DNA of 32,000 nt from Edaphobacter aggregans (GCF_003945235.1 NZ_RSDW01000001.1:4920001-4952000); one strand, 5' to 3'. Shown: positions 8,205 to 18,100, counted from the first letter of the stretch. A program made the numbers and translations. Notes: generated from the letters alone by a model not told the origin.

Positions 8205-8654
8205 CTAGCGGGCGGCTGGTAAGGCTGCGGCCGTTGTTGTCGCGGTCTGGTTTGCGGCAGGGGCGTACTTGGAAGCACATTTGGCCTGGAGCTGGGTGGC
8301 GTGGAAGACACCGTCGTGTCCGTAGGTGCCGACGGCGAGGGCCTGGGCGTCATCCTTGAAGGTGTCGGGTGGGGGCTCGGTGCCCTGGTAGCTAACTTGG
8401 AGTGTGCGACCCTGCTCGAGTAGCTGGAAGGTGGCATTGGTGCCGACGCGGTGGATGCTGCCCGGAGCTACGTTGCCAGCGACACGGAGGTGGCGGACGT
8501 AGGCTTTGTCTCCCATGCCGTGAAGTTCGCCGATGGTGACGTAATAGCTCTTGTTCTCCTTAACTCCGGTGACGGCGAGGTAGGCGACGGTCGCCAGAAT
8601 AATGACGGTGGCGATGATGATCTTGAGCGGGCTCTTTTGGGTGGGGGTCGACAT
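8205..8654 (-). CDS. ccmE: Cytochrome c-type biogenesis heme chaperone CcmE, CXXXY variant
   Basis: The 3' 450 nt of ORF 8205..9359, starting at ATG 8654. It has an N-terminal TM anchor and a CcmE OB-fold pattern (LRVAGNVAPGSIHR, VSYQGTEPPPDTFKDDAQALAVG). The heme-attachment segment reads LQAKCASKY, where E. coli has LAKHDENY. Confidence 0.8.
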   Translation of the reverse strand: MSTPTQKSPLKIIIATVIILATVAYLAVTGVKENKSYYVTIGELHGMGDKAYVRHLRVAGNVAPGSIHRVGTNATFQLLEQGRTLQVSYQGTEPPPDTFKDDAQALAVGTYGHDGVFHATQLQAKCASKYAPAANQTATTTAAALPAAR

Positions 8655-8757
8655 AGCGGTCTTCTTAAGTTTACGCCGGTTTGGGCAGAGGGGGAAGACT
8701 CGAGGGTCCCGCGAGTTTTTTTGACTAAAAAGATTGGGATGGGAACCTTTTTGTTCC

Positions 8758-8795
8758 TGTGGCGTATCCACACGTATCAATGTGGCGATACCACA
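8758..8795. promoter_or_regulatory. Tandem 15-bp palindromes; candidate PadR operator
   Basis: TGTGGCGTATCCACA (8758-8772) and TGTGGCGATACCACA (8781-8795), each TGTGG-N5-CCACA, spaced 23 bp apart. The second abuts the AGGAGA SD (8795-8800) of padR (ATG 8805). Confidence 0.35.
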
Positions 8796-8804
8796 GGAGA
8801 GTGC

Positions 8805-9158
8805 ATGGGAGAGTCGAAGCTGGATTTGCTGCAGGGAACGCTGGATCTGATGGTGCTGCAGACGCTTGCGGCCATGGGCGAGATGCATGGATATGGAATC
8901 GCTCGGCGGATTGAGCAGGTTAGCGGGGATGAGGTTCTGCTGAACCAGGGGACGATCTATGCGGCTCTGGTCCGGCTGCAGCAGCGGGGGTGGATCGCGG
9001 CGGAGTGGGGGACGTCGGATAACAATCGCAAGGCGAAGTTCTACTCGATTACGAAGCAGGGACGAAAGCAGTTGGCCGAGGACGCGGCTTATTGGGTGCG
9101 CCTGTCGAGCGTGATGGGGCGGGTGCTGGCGATGGGCGACGACGGAGGCGAGCGATGA
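8805..9158 (+). CDS. PadR-family transcriptional regulator
   Basis: ATG 8805 is preceded by AGGAGA. Winged-helix PadR pattern: LDLMVLQTLAAMGEMHGYGIARRIEQVSGDEVLLNQGTIYAALVRLQQRGWIAAEW...KFYSITKQGRKQL. 117 aa. Confidence 0.9.
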   Translation: MGESKLDLLQGTLDLMVLQTLAAMGEMHGYGIARRIEQVSGDEVLLNQGTIYAALVRLQQRGWIAAEWGTSDNNRKAKFYSITKQGRKQLAEDAAYWVRLSSVMGRVLAMGDDGGER

Positions 9159-11818
9159 AGAAGTCCATGATGGATTCGATTCGGCAGGGGTTACGGCGCG
9201 TGGGCTCGTTCTTTCGCAAGGGACCTCTTGATAGGGAACTGAATGCGGAGGTCGCGGCCCATATTGAGATAGCGACGGAAGAGAATGTGAAGCGGGGGCT
9301 TTCGGCTGAGGAGGCTCGGCGGCAGGCGCTGATTCGTTTTGGGGGAGTGGCGCAGGCAAAGGAGAGGCAGAGAGAGGCGCGTGGTCTGCCGTGGCTGGAT
9401 GTTCTGCTGCAGGATCTTCGCTATACGATGCGGACGTTGCTGCGCGATCTAGGGTTTGCTGTGATTGCAGTATTGATTCTGGCGCTGGGGATTGGGGCGA
9501 ACATTGCGATCTTCAGTGTGGTGAATACGATTCTGCTGCGGCCGCTGCCGTTTCATGATCCTCAGCAGTTAGTGTGGATTGCGCCGGCGAATGCGAATGG
9601 ACTTTCGGCTTCGACGTATTCGGTGGACGCGTTTGACGACCTGCTGGCGATGAATAGGTCGTATCAGGATGTGACGGGATATTTTGCGTTTTCGACGAGC
9701 GACAACTTCAAGCTAACGGGGCGTGGTGAGCCTCGTCCGGTGACCGGAATAGGCGTTGCCTACAATTTCTTTCCAATGCTTGGGGTGACGCCGGAGTTGG
9801 GACGTTCGTTTACGGGAGATGAAGCGCTGAAGGGCGGGCCAGGGACGGTGATGCTGTCGCATGCTTTCTGGAAGCGGGAATTCAAGGGCGACCGCATGAT
9901 TATTGGGAAGGCCATCACGTTGAATGGCGGGCCTTCGACTGTCGTTGGGGTGTTGCCGGAGTCCTTCGATTTTGGTGCGGTGTTCTCTCCTGGGACGAAG
10001 GTGGACCTGTATGTGCCGCAGGTAATGGACAACATTCGCACCAGCGGAAACACCCTGGCGTTGATTGGGCGGTTGAAGCCTGGGATGAGCGTGGCGCAGG
10101 CGCAGGCGGAGGCTACGGTACTGTTTCCGAAGTTCTACTGGAGCAAGAGATATCCGCAATCGATCGGTAACTACAAGGATGCAAGGCCGATAGAGCTCAA
10201 GCAGTATGTAAGCGGAAAGCTGCGGCGCTCGTTGGTGGTGTTGTGGTGTGCAGTGGGGCTGATCCTGTTGATTGTGTGTGTGAATCTGTCGAATCTGCTG
10301 CTGGCTCGAGCGGCTGCGAGGAGCAAGGAGTTCGCATTGCGGAGTGCATTGGGTGCGGGGCGTATGCGGCTGGTGCGGCAGCTATTGACGGAGAGTCTGG
10401 TGCTGGCGGGGATGGGTGCTGTGCTGGGCCTGGGGTTGGCGTTTGGGATTACGTCTTACCTGGCGCATCAGGGATCGCTGGCGCTTCCGTTGTTGAGCAG
10501 CGTAAAGGTGGATGGTGCGGCGCTGGTGTGGACTTTGGTGATTAGTGTTGGCGCTGCGGTTTTGTTCGGTCTGCTGCCGGGGCTGAAGATGTCGGGGAGC
10601 AATTTGCAGGAGGCGTTGAAGGATTCGGGGCCCGGGATGAGCGATAGCAGAAATCACGAGCGGCTGCGGTCTGCGCTGGTGATCTCGGAGGTTGCGCTCG
10701 CTTGCGTACTGCTGATCGGCGCGGGTTTGTTGTTACGGAGCTTTATACGCGTGCTGGATGTTGATCTTGGTTTTCAACCGTCGACGGCAGCGACGATCAA
10801 GGTGGATTATGACGACGGGGGAAAGACGGATAAAAGAAACGCGATCTTTGAAGAGGTCATTCGCCGCGTGAGTGCGATTCCTGGAGTTGAGGCGGCAGGG
10901 ATCTCGGACAATCTGCCGTTGGAACGGAATCGTGGGTGGGGTGGGCCCCGCGCAAAGGGAAAGGTGTATCGGGATAACGAGGTTCCAGGCGCATTTGTGT
11001 ATATCGTTACGCCGGGATATGTGACTGCAATGGGGATGCGTTTGCACGGACGCGACTTTGGGTGGCAGGACAATATGAAGGGCGAGAGTACGGTGATCCT
11101 GAATGAAGCTGCGGCGAATTTCGTATCGCCGGGTGAGGATCCGGTGGGTAAGGTCGTCATGATTGGTAGTCATGAGGTGCACGTGATCGGCGTGGTCGCG
11201 GATGTCCATGAGACGAACGTTGAAGGGAAGGTCGGCGAGCAGATGTATCTGCCAGCGATGCGTGAAGAGTGGGGGCCTGATGGTGCGGAGCTGGTCGTGC
11301 GGACGAAGCTACCGCCGGCGCAGTTGGCTGGAAGTGTGATGCGGACACTGAGGGACCTGAATCCGAATCAGCCTGCGGTGGAGTTCAGGCCTATCCAACA
11401 GATTGTGAATCATGCGGTTTCGCCGCGGAGATTCTTTGTGATGCTGGTGGGGGCGTTTGCGGGACTGGGGTTAGTTCTGGCTTCGCTGGGGATCTATGGA
11501 GTGATTTCGTACTCGGTGACGCGACGGACTCAGGAGATTGGAATCAGGATGGCGCTTGGAGCGACGGCAGGAAATGTTCAGATGGGCGTGATTTCAAAAA
11601 CGCTTAAGCTGGCGGCTATTGGGATCGGTGCGGGGGTGGTCGTGTCGATGGTGGTGGCAAATCTCATTTCGTCGATGTTGTTTGGGACTGATCCTACGGA
11701 CCCGCTCACATTTGTGGGGATGATTGTGCTGTTGGGAGGTGTGGCTGTGCTGGCTGGGTATGTTCCTGCGCGGCGGGCTTCGCGGATTAATCCGATGGTG
11801 GCGCTCAGGAATAACTGA
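9155..11818 (+). CDS. Duplicated MacB/FtsX-type ABC permease (acidobacterial 'duplicated orphan permease' type)
   Basis: ATG 9155 overlaps the padR stop (ATGA). The characteristic N-terminal prefix is present (LDRELNAEVAAHIE...RRQALIRFGG...LQDLRYTMRTLLRDLGF). It is followed by two copies of [TM - large periplasmic domain - three FtsX TM helices]. No ATPase gene is adjacent. Confidence 0.9.
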   Translation: MKKSMMDSIRQGLRRVGSFFRKGPLDRELNAEVAAHIEIATEENVKRGLSAEEARRQALIRFGGVAQAKERQREARGLPWLDVLLQDLRYTMRTLLRDLGFAVIAVLILALGIGANIAIFSVVNTILLRPLPFHDPQQLVWIAPANANGLSASTYSVDAFDDLLAMNRSYQDVTGYFAFSTSDNFKLTGRGEPRPVTGIGVAYNFFPMLGVTPELGRSFTGDEALKGGPGTVMLSHAFWKREFKGDRMIIGKAITLNGGPSTVVGVLPESFDFGAVFSPGTKVDLYVPQVMDNIRTSGNTLALIGRLKPGMSVAQAQAEATVLFPKFYWSKRYPQSIGNYKDARPIELKQYVSGKLRRSLVVLWCAVGLILLIVCVNLSNLLLARAAARSKEFALRSALGAGRMRLVRQLLTESLVLAGMGAVLGLGLAFGITSYLAHQGSLALPLLSSVKVDGAALVWTLVISVGAAVLFGLLPGLKMSGSNLQEALKDSGPGMSDSRNHERLRSALVISEVALACVLLIGAGLLLRSFIRVLDVDLGFQPSTAATIKVDYDDGGKTDKRNAIFEEVIRRVSAIPGVEAAGISDNLPLERNRGWGGPRAKGKVYRDNEVPGAFVYIVTPGYVTAMGMRLHGRDFGWQDNMKGESTVILNEAAANFVSPGEDPVGKVVMIGSHEVHVIGVVADVHETNVEGKVGEQMYLPAMREEWGPDGAELVVRTKLPPAQLAGSVMRTLRDLNPNQPAVEFRPIQQIVNHAVSPRRFFVMLVGAFAGLGLVLASLGIYGVISYSVTRRTQEIGIRMALGATAGNVQMGVISKTLKLAAIGIGAGVVVSMVVANLISSMLFGTDPTDPLTFVGMIVLLGGVAVLAGYVPARRASRINPMVALRNN

Positions 11819-11944
11819 TAAACGGTCATCGGGCGATGATCGCCGCGTTTTTACGGACACGACGGCGAATTTCGATTTCTCCCGTGCGCTGAGGGCGTAT
11901 AACAGGCGCAGATTCCTAAATACTTGTTTGTGCCGGGAGATACG

Positions 11945-13297
11945 ATGGATCCGCTTGTCATGCACCGGATACATTTTGGGTTTACGGTCACATTTCATTA
12001 CCTGTTTCCTCAGTTGACGATGGGGCTGGCATTGCTGATCGTCGTGTTGAAGACGGTAGCGGTCCGAACGGGGAATGAGCATTATCACGATGCAGCGCGG
12101 TTCTGGGGGAAGATTTTCGGGATCAACTTTTTGATAGGCGTGGTGACGGGGATCCCGATGGAGTTTCAGTTTGGGACGAACTGGTCACACTTTTCGCGGT
12201 TGACGGGTGGTGTCATCGGGCAGCCGCTGGCGATGGAAGGGGTGTTTTCGTTCTTTCTGGAGTCGACGTTTCTGGGGCTGTTTTTATTTGGAGAGAAGCG
12301 GCTATCGAAGTGGGCTCACTGGGGCGCGGCATTCATGGTGTTTTTGGGATCGTGGATCTCGGGCTACTTCATTATTGTGACGAATGCGTGGATGCAGCAT
12401 CCGGTGGCGTACAAGATTCTGCCAAATGGGACGTTTGAGCTTACGAGCTTTACGGGGCTGTTGATGAATCCGTGGGCGCTGATCCAGTATGCGCATACTA
12501 TGTGCGGAGCGGTGGTGACGGCATCGTTCGTGATGGCGTCGGTCGGTGCGTTTTATCTGTTGGAAAACAGATTTGTGGAATATGCTCGCATCTTCCTGAA
12601 GACGGGGGTCATTGCGGGCAGCATCTCGACTATGTTGATGATCTTTCCGACTGGTGATCTGCACGGAAGGTACGTCGCGAAGAGACAGGCTGCGACGATG
12701 GCGGCTATGGAGGGACTATTCCATACGGAGAAGGGCGCTGGCGTTGCGATTATAGGACAGCCGAATGAGCAGACGCAGACGCTTGATAATCCACTGGTCG
12801 TCAATAATCTGCTGAGTTTTCTGATCTATGGGACTACGAGCGCCCAGGTACAGGGACTGGATCATTTTCCGCGTGAGAATTGGCCTCAGCCGATGCCGCT
12901 GTTGTATTACAGCTATCACATCATGGCAGGACTGGGAACGTACTTTGTCGCACTGATGGGAGTTGCCGCGTTTCTATTGTGGCGGGGCAACCTATATACG
13001 ACGCCGTGGATTTTGTGGCCGCTCATGCTGAGCTTTCCTCTGCCATACGTCGCGACGACGGCAGGCTGGATGACGGCTGAGATCGGACGCCAGCCGTGGG
13101 TCGTGTATGGGTTGATGCGAACGGAGGTCGGCTTCTCGAAGTATGTGTCGGCGGGGAATGCTCTGTTTACATTTCTAGGTTTTATGGGAATGTATACGCT
13201 TCTGGGGATTCTTTTTTTGATCCTGATTTATCGGGAGATTTATCGGGGACCGCATCGGGAGAGTGTTCACCACACTACTACGTTGTTGGAGGAGTAG
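11945..13297 (+). CDS. cydA: Cytochrome bd ubiquinol oxidase subunit I
   Basis: ATG 11945 follows GGGAGA. CydA motifs: HRIHFGFTVTFHYLFPQLTMGL, GIPMEFQFGTNW, WMTAEIGRQPWVVYG. The Q-loop is of the short type. Confidence 0.9.
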   Translation: MDPLVMHRIHFGFTVTFHYLFPQLTMGLALLIVVLKTVAVRTGNEHYHDAARFWGKIFGINFLIGVVTGIPMEFQFGTNWSHFSRLTGGVIGQPLAMEGVFSFFLESTFLGLFLFGEKRLSKWAHWGAAFMVFLGSWISGYFIIVTNAWMQHPVAYKILPNGTFELTSFTGLLMNPWALIQYAHTMCGAVVTASFVMASVGAFYLLENRFVEYARIFLKTGVIAGSISTMLMIFPTGDLHGRYVAKRQAATMAAMEGLFHTEKGAGVAIIGQPNEQTQTLDNPLVVNNLLSFLIYGTTSAQVQGLDHFPRENWPQPMPLLYYSYHIMAGLGTYFVALMGVAAFLLWRGNLYTTPWILWPLMLSFPLPYVATTAGWMTAEIGRQPWVVYGLMRTEVGFSKYVSAGNALFTFLGFMGMYTLLGILFLILIYREIYRGPHRESVHHTTTLLEE

Positions 13298-13300
13298 CGC

Positions 13301-14347
13301 ATGGGAACGATATGGTTCTGGCTTGTTGCTGCGATGCTGGTGATGTATGTGGTGTTGGATGGCTTCGACATTGGCGTCGGCGTGCTGCATCTATTTGTGG
13401 CGAAGACTAATGACGAGCGAAGGATGGCGCTTGCGAGCATTGGGCCTGTGTGGGATGGCAATGAGGTGTGGCTGATTGCAGGCGGAGGGACGCTCTACTT
13501 TGCCTTTCCGCTGGTGTATGCGTCGTCGTTTAGTGGGTTTTATTTGCCGCTGATGATTGTGCTTTGGTTGCTGATTCTGAGAGGTGTGGGTATTGAACTG
13601 CGTGGCCACATTAATTTGCGGGTGTGGGAGGTGTTCTTTGATGGGCTGTTTGCGTTTTCGAGTGTGCTGCTGGCGGTCTTTTATGGAGCAGCGCTTGGGA
13701 ATGTGATTCGCGGCGTTCCGCTGGGCGAAGACTCGTACTTCTTTCTGCCATTGTGGACAAATTGGAGGGTGGGACCGTCGCCAGGGATTCTGGACTGGTA
13801 CACGGTGATCGGAGGCGTGCTGGCGCTGGTGGCATTGACGGTGCATGGTGGGTTGTATCTTGCCGTGAAGACAGAGGGCGCATTGCAGAAACGGGCGCGC
13901 AAGGCGGTTGCGCTTCTGTGGGGACCGCTGTTTGTTCTGACGTTGATCAGCCTCATTGCGACGATGACGGTTCGGCCGCAAAGCTTGAGGAATTACAACG
14001 CGCATACTGTGGCCTACCTGATCCCGGTGGGAGTGATGTTGTCGCTCGCGGGGATTCTGGTGCTGTCGCGACGGCATGATGATAAGGCAGCGTTCAGGGC
14101 CAGCGTGGTGTATCTGGTGCTGATGATGGTTGGGGCGGCGGTTGGGCTCTATCCGGTTTTGCTGCCCTCTATTACGGATTCGGCGCTTGATCTCACAGTA
14201 GAGCGATCGCGTACAGGGCTGTATGCGCTGCATGTAGGGATGATCTGGTGGGGATTTGGGATGCTATTGGCTATAGGGTATTTCGTAGTTATGTACCGGA
14301 TGTTCCGGGGAAAGGTGGATCTGCATTCGGGTGGGTATGGGCATTGA
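13301..14347 (+). CDS. cydB: Cytochrome bd ubiquinol oxidase subunit II
   Basis: Starts 4 nt after cydA. CydB pattern: LDGFDIGVGVL, GPVWDGNEVWLI. Eight to nine TM helices. Confidence 0.9.
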   Translation: MGTIWFWLVAAMLVMYVVLDGFDIGVGVLHLFVAKTNDERRMALASIGPVWDGNEVWLIAGGGTLYFAFPLVYASSFSGFYLPLMIVLWLLILRGVGIELRGHINLRVWEVFFDGLFAFSSVLLAVFYGAALGNVIRGVPLGEDSYFFLPLWTNWRVGPSPGILDWYTVIGGVLALVALTVHGGLYLAVKTEGALQKRARKAVALLWGPLFVLTLISLIATMTVRPQSLRNYNAHTVAYLIPVGVMLSLAGILVLSRRHDDKAAFRASVVYLVLMMVGAAVGLYPVLLPSITDSALDLTVERSRTGLYALHVGMIWWGFGMLLAIGYFVVMYRMFRGKVDLHSGGYGH

Positions 14348-14387
14348 AGAATTGTCGGTAGCTGATGCAGGTGCTAGGCACGCAAGC

Positions 14388-15059
14388 TCACATGGAGACG
14401 TGGCGGAAGGTAAGGTTGATTCGGTTGGAGCCGCTTAGCGGGTGGATACCTTCGCGCAAGGGCGCGACGCCATGGTAGATGAGGCGTGCGGGGCCTCCCC
14501 ATACGGCGACGTCACCGTGTTCAACGCGAATCCTGCGGGGTGTATCGGAGCGGGTGAGCGACCCTAGCAAGAAAGTGGCGGGCAGGCCGAGAGAGACGGA
14601 GACGATGGGCTGGGTGAAGTCCTGCTCGTTCCTGTCCTGGTGGAGCGAGAGGCGGGCACCGGGGGCGTAGCGATTGATGAGACAGCCGTTCGGCATGAAG
14701 TTGCTAAAGCCGACTGCTGATGAGGCTTTGGAGGCGAGGTCTCGGAAAATGGCCGGCGTCGGAGGCCACGGTTCGCCGGTCACGGGGTCGTCTGGGCTGT
14801 AACGGTAGCCGCTGCGGTCTGAGACCCAGCCGACGTCACCGCAATTTGTCATGGCGACGGACATAGTGTGCCCGCCTGGGACAACCATGTGACGAAAAGG
14901 GGAGCGCGCCGTGATCTCATCGATCGCGCGAAGGAGCGTTGCAGCTTCCTTGAGGCAGAAGCCACGCAGGAGCGTGAAGCCGGGGAGGAGTTGCTCTGTG
15001 CTGGGAACTTCTTCGATGGACCATAATTGGCCGGTTGCCGATGCATCATTTGGCGTCAT
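14388..15059 (-). CDS. alkB: Alpha-ketoglutarate/Fe(II)-dependent dioxygenase AlkB (alkylation repair)
   Basis: AlkB signatures: MTNCGDVGWVSDRSGYRY, INRYAPGARLSLHQDRNE (HxD), VWGGPARLIYHGV (distal His), RINLTFR. Confidence 0.9.
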   Translation of the reverse strand: MTPNDASATGQLWSIEEVPSTEQLLPGFTLLRGFCLKEAATLLRAIDEITARSPFRHMVVPGGHTMSVAMTNCGDVGWVSDRSGYRYSPDDPVTGEPWPPTPAIFRDLASKASSAVGFSNFMPNGCLINRYAPGARLSLHQDRNEQDFTQPIVSVSLGLPATFLLGSLTRSDTPRRIRVEHGDVAVWGGPARLIYHGVAPLREGIHPLSGSNRINLTFRHVSM

Positions 15060-15747
15060 GGAAGATAACTCCCAGTGTAGAGCGTTGGCCTGAGCGGAGG
15101 CGGCTGACTCCGTGGCGCATGGCTACTCGATAGATGCCGCGTGTGCCGCGGACGGGACGCTGGTTGACGGCAAAGATAACTCCCTCGCCCTGACGGAGTG
15201 AGACGACTTCGATGCGGGACTGCATGCGAGGGCGCTGTTCGGTAAGGACGAACTCGCCGCCGGTGAAATCGCTGTTGGGCTCGCTGAGCAGAAAGGCAAC
15301 CTGAACTGGAAAGACGAGTTCTCCGTAGATATCCTGGTGGAGGCAATTGTAGTCGTCCTGCTGGTATTTGAGCAGGAGCGGGGTGGGACGCGTCTGGCCG
15401 GCGTCATGGCAGAGCTTGAGAAACTCCTGGTGGTCGGCGGGATATTCCGTTTGCAGTCCTAACGCTTTGTTCCATTGGTTGGCGATGCGGGCCAGCGGTG
15501 GGTAGAGTGTGTCGCGAAGGGTCTGGATAAGGTGCGGTAATGGATAGTTGTAGTACTGGTATTCGCCTTTGCCGAAGCCATGGCGAGCCATAACGACGCG
15601 GCTGCGAAAGAGGGCGGGCGTGTTGTAGGCGGCGGAGAGCTCGACGCATTGAGATTGGGTGAGCAGAGGACCTGTTGTGGCGCAGCCGCGTTCGTTCAAC
15701 TCGGATTCGATGCTTGACCAGTCGAGTTGCGGTTGAGGGGATAGCAT
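15046..15747 (-). CDS. Second 2OG-Fe(II) oxygenase (the type found with Ada/AlkB loci; biochemical function unknown)
   Basis: ORF 15046..15831; ATG 15747 chosen. HxD in NCLHQDIYG, distal His/Arg in RVAMRHGVSRL...RSTLGVIFHDA. It overlaps the alkB start by 14 nt, implying co-transcription. Confidence 0.8.
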   Translation of the reverse strand: MLSPQPQLDWSSIESELNERGCATTGPLLTQSQCVELSAAYNTPALFRSRVVMARHGFGKGEYQYYNYPLPHLIQTLRDTLYPPLARIANQWNKALGLQTEYPADHQEFLKLCHDAGQTRPTPLLLKYQQDDYNCLHQDIYGELVFPVQVAFLLSEPNSDFTGGEFVLTEQRPRMQSRIEVVSLRQGEGVIFAVNQRPVRGTRGIYRVAMRHGVSRLRSGQRSTLGVIFHDAK

Positions 15748-15952
15748 GTGTTGGCTCACTGCGTTGCTCCTATTGAGATGATGGTTCGGGCAGGCAGGAG
15801 ATAAATTGCACCGCGCTGCGTTGGTCTCCATTCAGTTTGTTTGGGCAGGTGTGAACAAACACTCCGTTTTGTGGCATCAAACTCCGAGTGGACTGGGGTG
15901 AGTGGAACTGGCGTGATTCGCATGGTGGCTGCGGCGTATACTAACTCGATAA

Positions 15953-17464
<1,512 letters not shown>

Positions 17465-17489
17465 TTCGAACTGCTGAATGGTAAAAACG

Positions 17490-17520
17490 AAGGCCGCTTC
17501 CTGTGGGAGGCGGCCTTTTA
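17490..17520. terminator. Bidirectional rho-independent terminator after thiC
   Basis: AAGGCCGCTTCC (17490-17501) / GGAGGCGGCCTT (17506-17517), a 12-bp stem with one G-U pair and a TGTG loop. TTTTA follows on the plus strand and CGTTTTTAC on the minus strand. Confidence 0.6.
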
Positions 17521-17743
17521 TGCTGCGAAGGTTTTCTGTTTAGGCTGACTCGCGAGGGGAGCGGCGAGAGTGTGTGGGCGTTGGGGGCTTCGGTGTGCGC
17601 TTTGGGAGGCCGGACTGGGCTCGAGTGATATGTCGAGCTGGACAGCGCTGAAGTTGAAGGCCATGCCTGCGACGCGGTGGAGGGTGCGGCGCGGGGCAGG
17701 ACGGCAACAACACTCCCTAGGCGACAAGAAGCTCGCGAAGTGT

Positions 17744-17845
17744 TTAGAGAACGTCTTTTTCCTCCCTGTCGGAGCGCATGGCGAGAAGAGCAGGGGCGAT
17801 GATCATTGCTAAAAATACCAAGGCAAGAACCAGATCGTGGACCAT
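17744..17845 (-). CDS. Candidate 33-aa membrane microprotein (unannotated small ORF)
   Basis: Not in the ORF track because it is under 60 aa. AAGGAGA lies 9 nt upstream of ATG 17845. Product MVHDLVLALVFLAMIIAPALLAMRSDREEKDVL has one TM helix and a charged tail; stop TAA at 17744-17746. It lies in an otherwise gene-free 740-bp gap. Confidence 0.25.
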   Translation of the reverse strand: MVHDLVLALVFLAMIIAPALLAMRSDREEKDVL

Positions 17846-18061
17846 TGGGGAGATTCTCCTTTGGGGCGGCGTTCGCCGTCTCTTTAGCCATGATGGGGCG
17901 GGTGACTCAGAGGGAACATCCCACGTCGGGTGCCGTGAATTGCACCTTAAGTTGTATAGCGGGGTGCCGTTGATCGCTGGTATGTACCTCCCCTTCGAGT
18001 ACTTGAGATCCCAAAGTATTAGAAATAAATGAGTTAGGTTCGGACTTCCTTTGCTGAGGTC

Positions 18062-18100
18062 TAAAAAAGACGAAAGCCCCGGTTTTCGCCGGGGCTTTCG
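18062..18100 (-). terminator. Rho-independent terminator of the M28 peptidase gene
   Basis: CGAAAGCCCCGG (18071-18082) / CCGGGGCTTTCG (18089-18100). Read on the minus strand, it is followed by TCTTTTTTAG. Confidence 0.65.

Noticed and set aside
8655-9359. Upstream 5' two-thirds of the 384-aa minus-strand ORF 8205..9359
   Set aside because: Only the last 149 codons (from ATG 8654) look like a protein, namely CcmE. The upstream part is P/R/Q/S-rich, runs antisense through the well-supported padR gene and the start of the permease gene, and has no membrane or domain features.
11832-11852. Weak hairpin GGCGA-TGA-TCGCC followed by GCGTTTTT after the permease gene
   Set aside because: Only a 5-bp stem with a 3-nt loop. 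That is too weak to call a terminator with confidence.
13391-14233. 280-aa minus-strand ORF antisense to cydB. The same reasoning covers 12302..12664, 15941..16690, 16763..17404, 9713..10159 and 10733..11209
   Set aside because: All lie opposite confidently identified genes (cydA/B, thiC, the permease) and have R/H/Q/P-rich shadow-frame composition.
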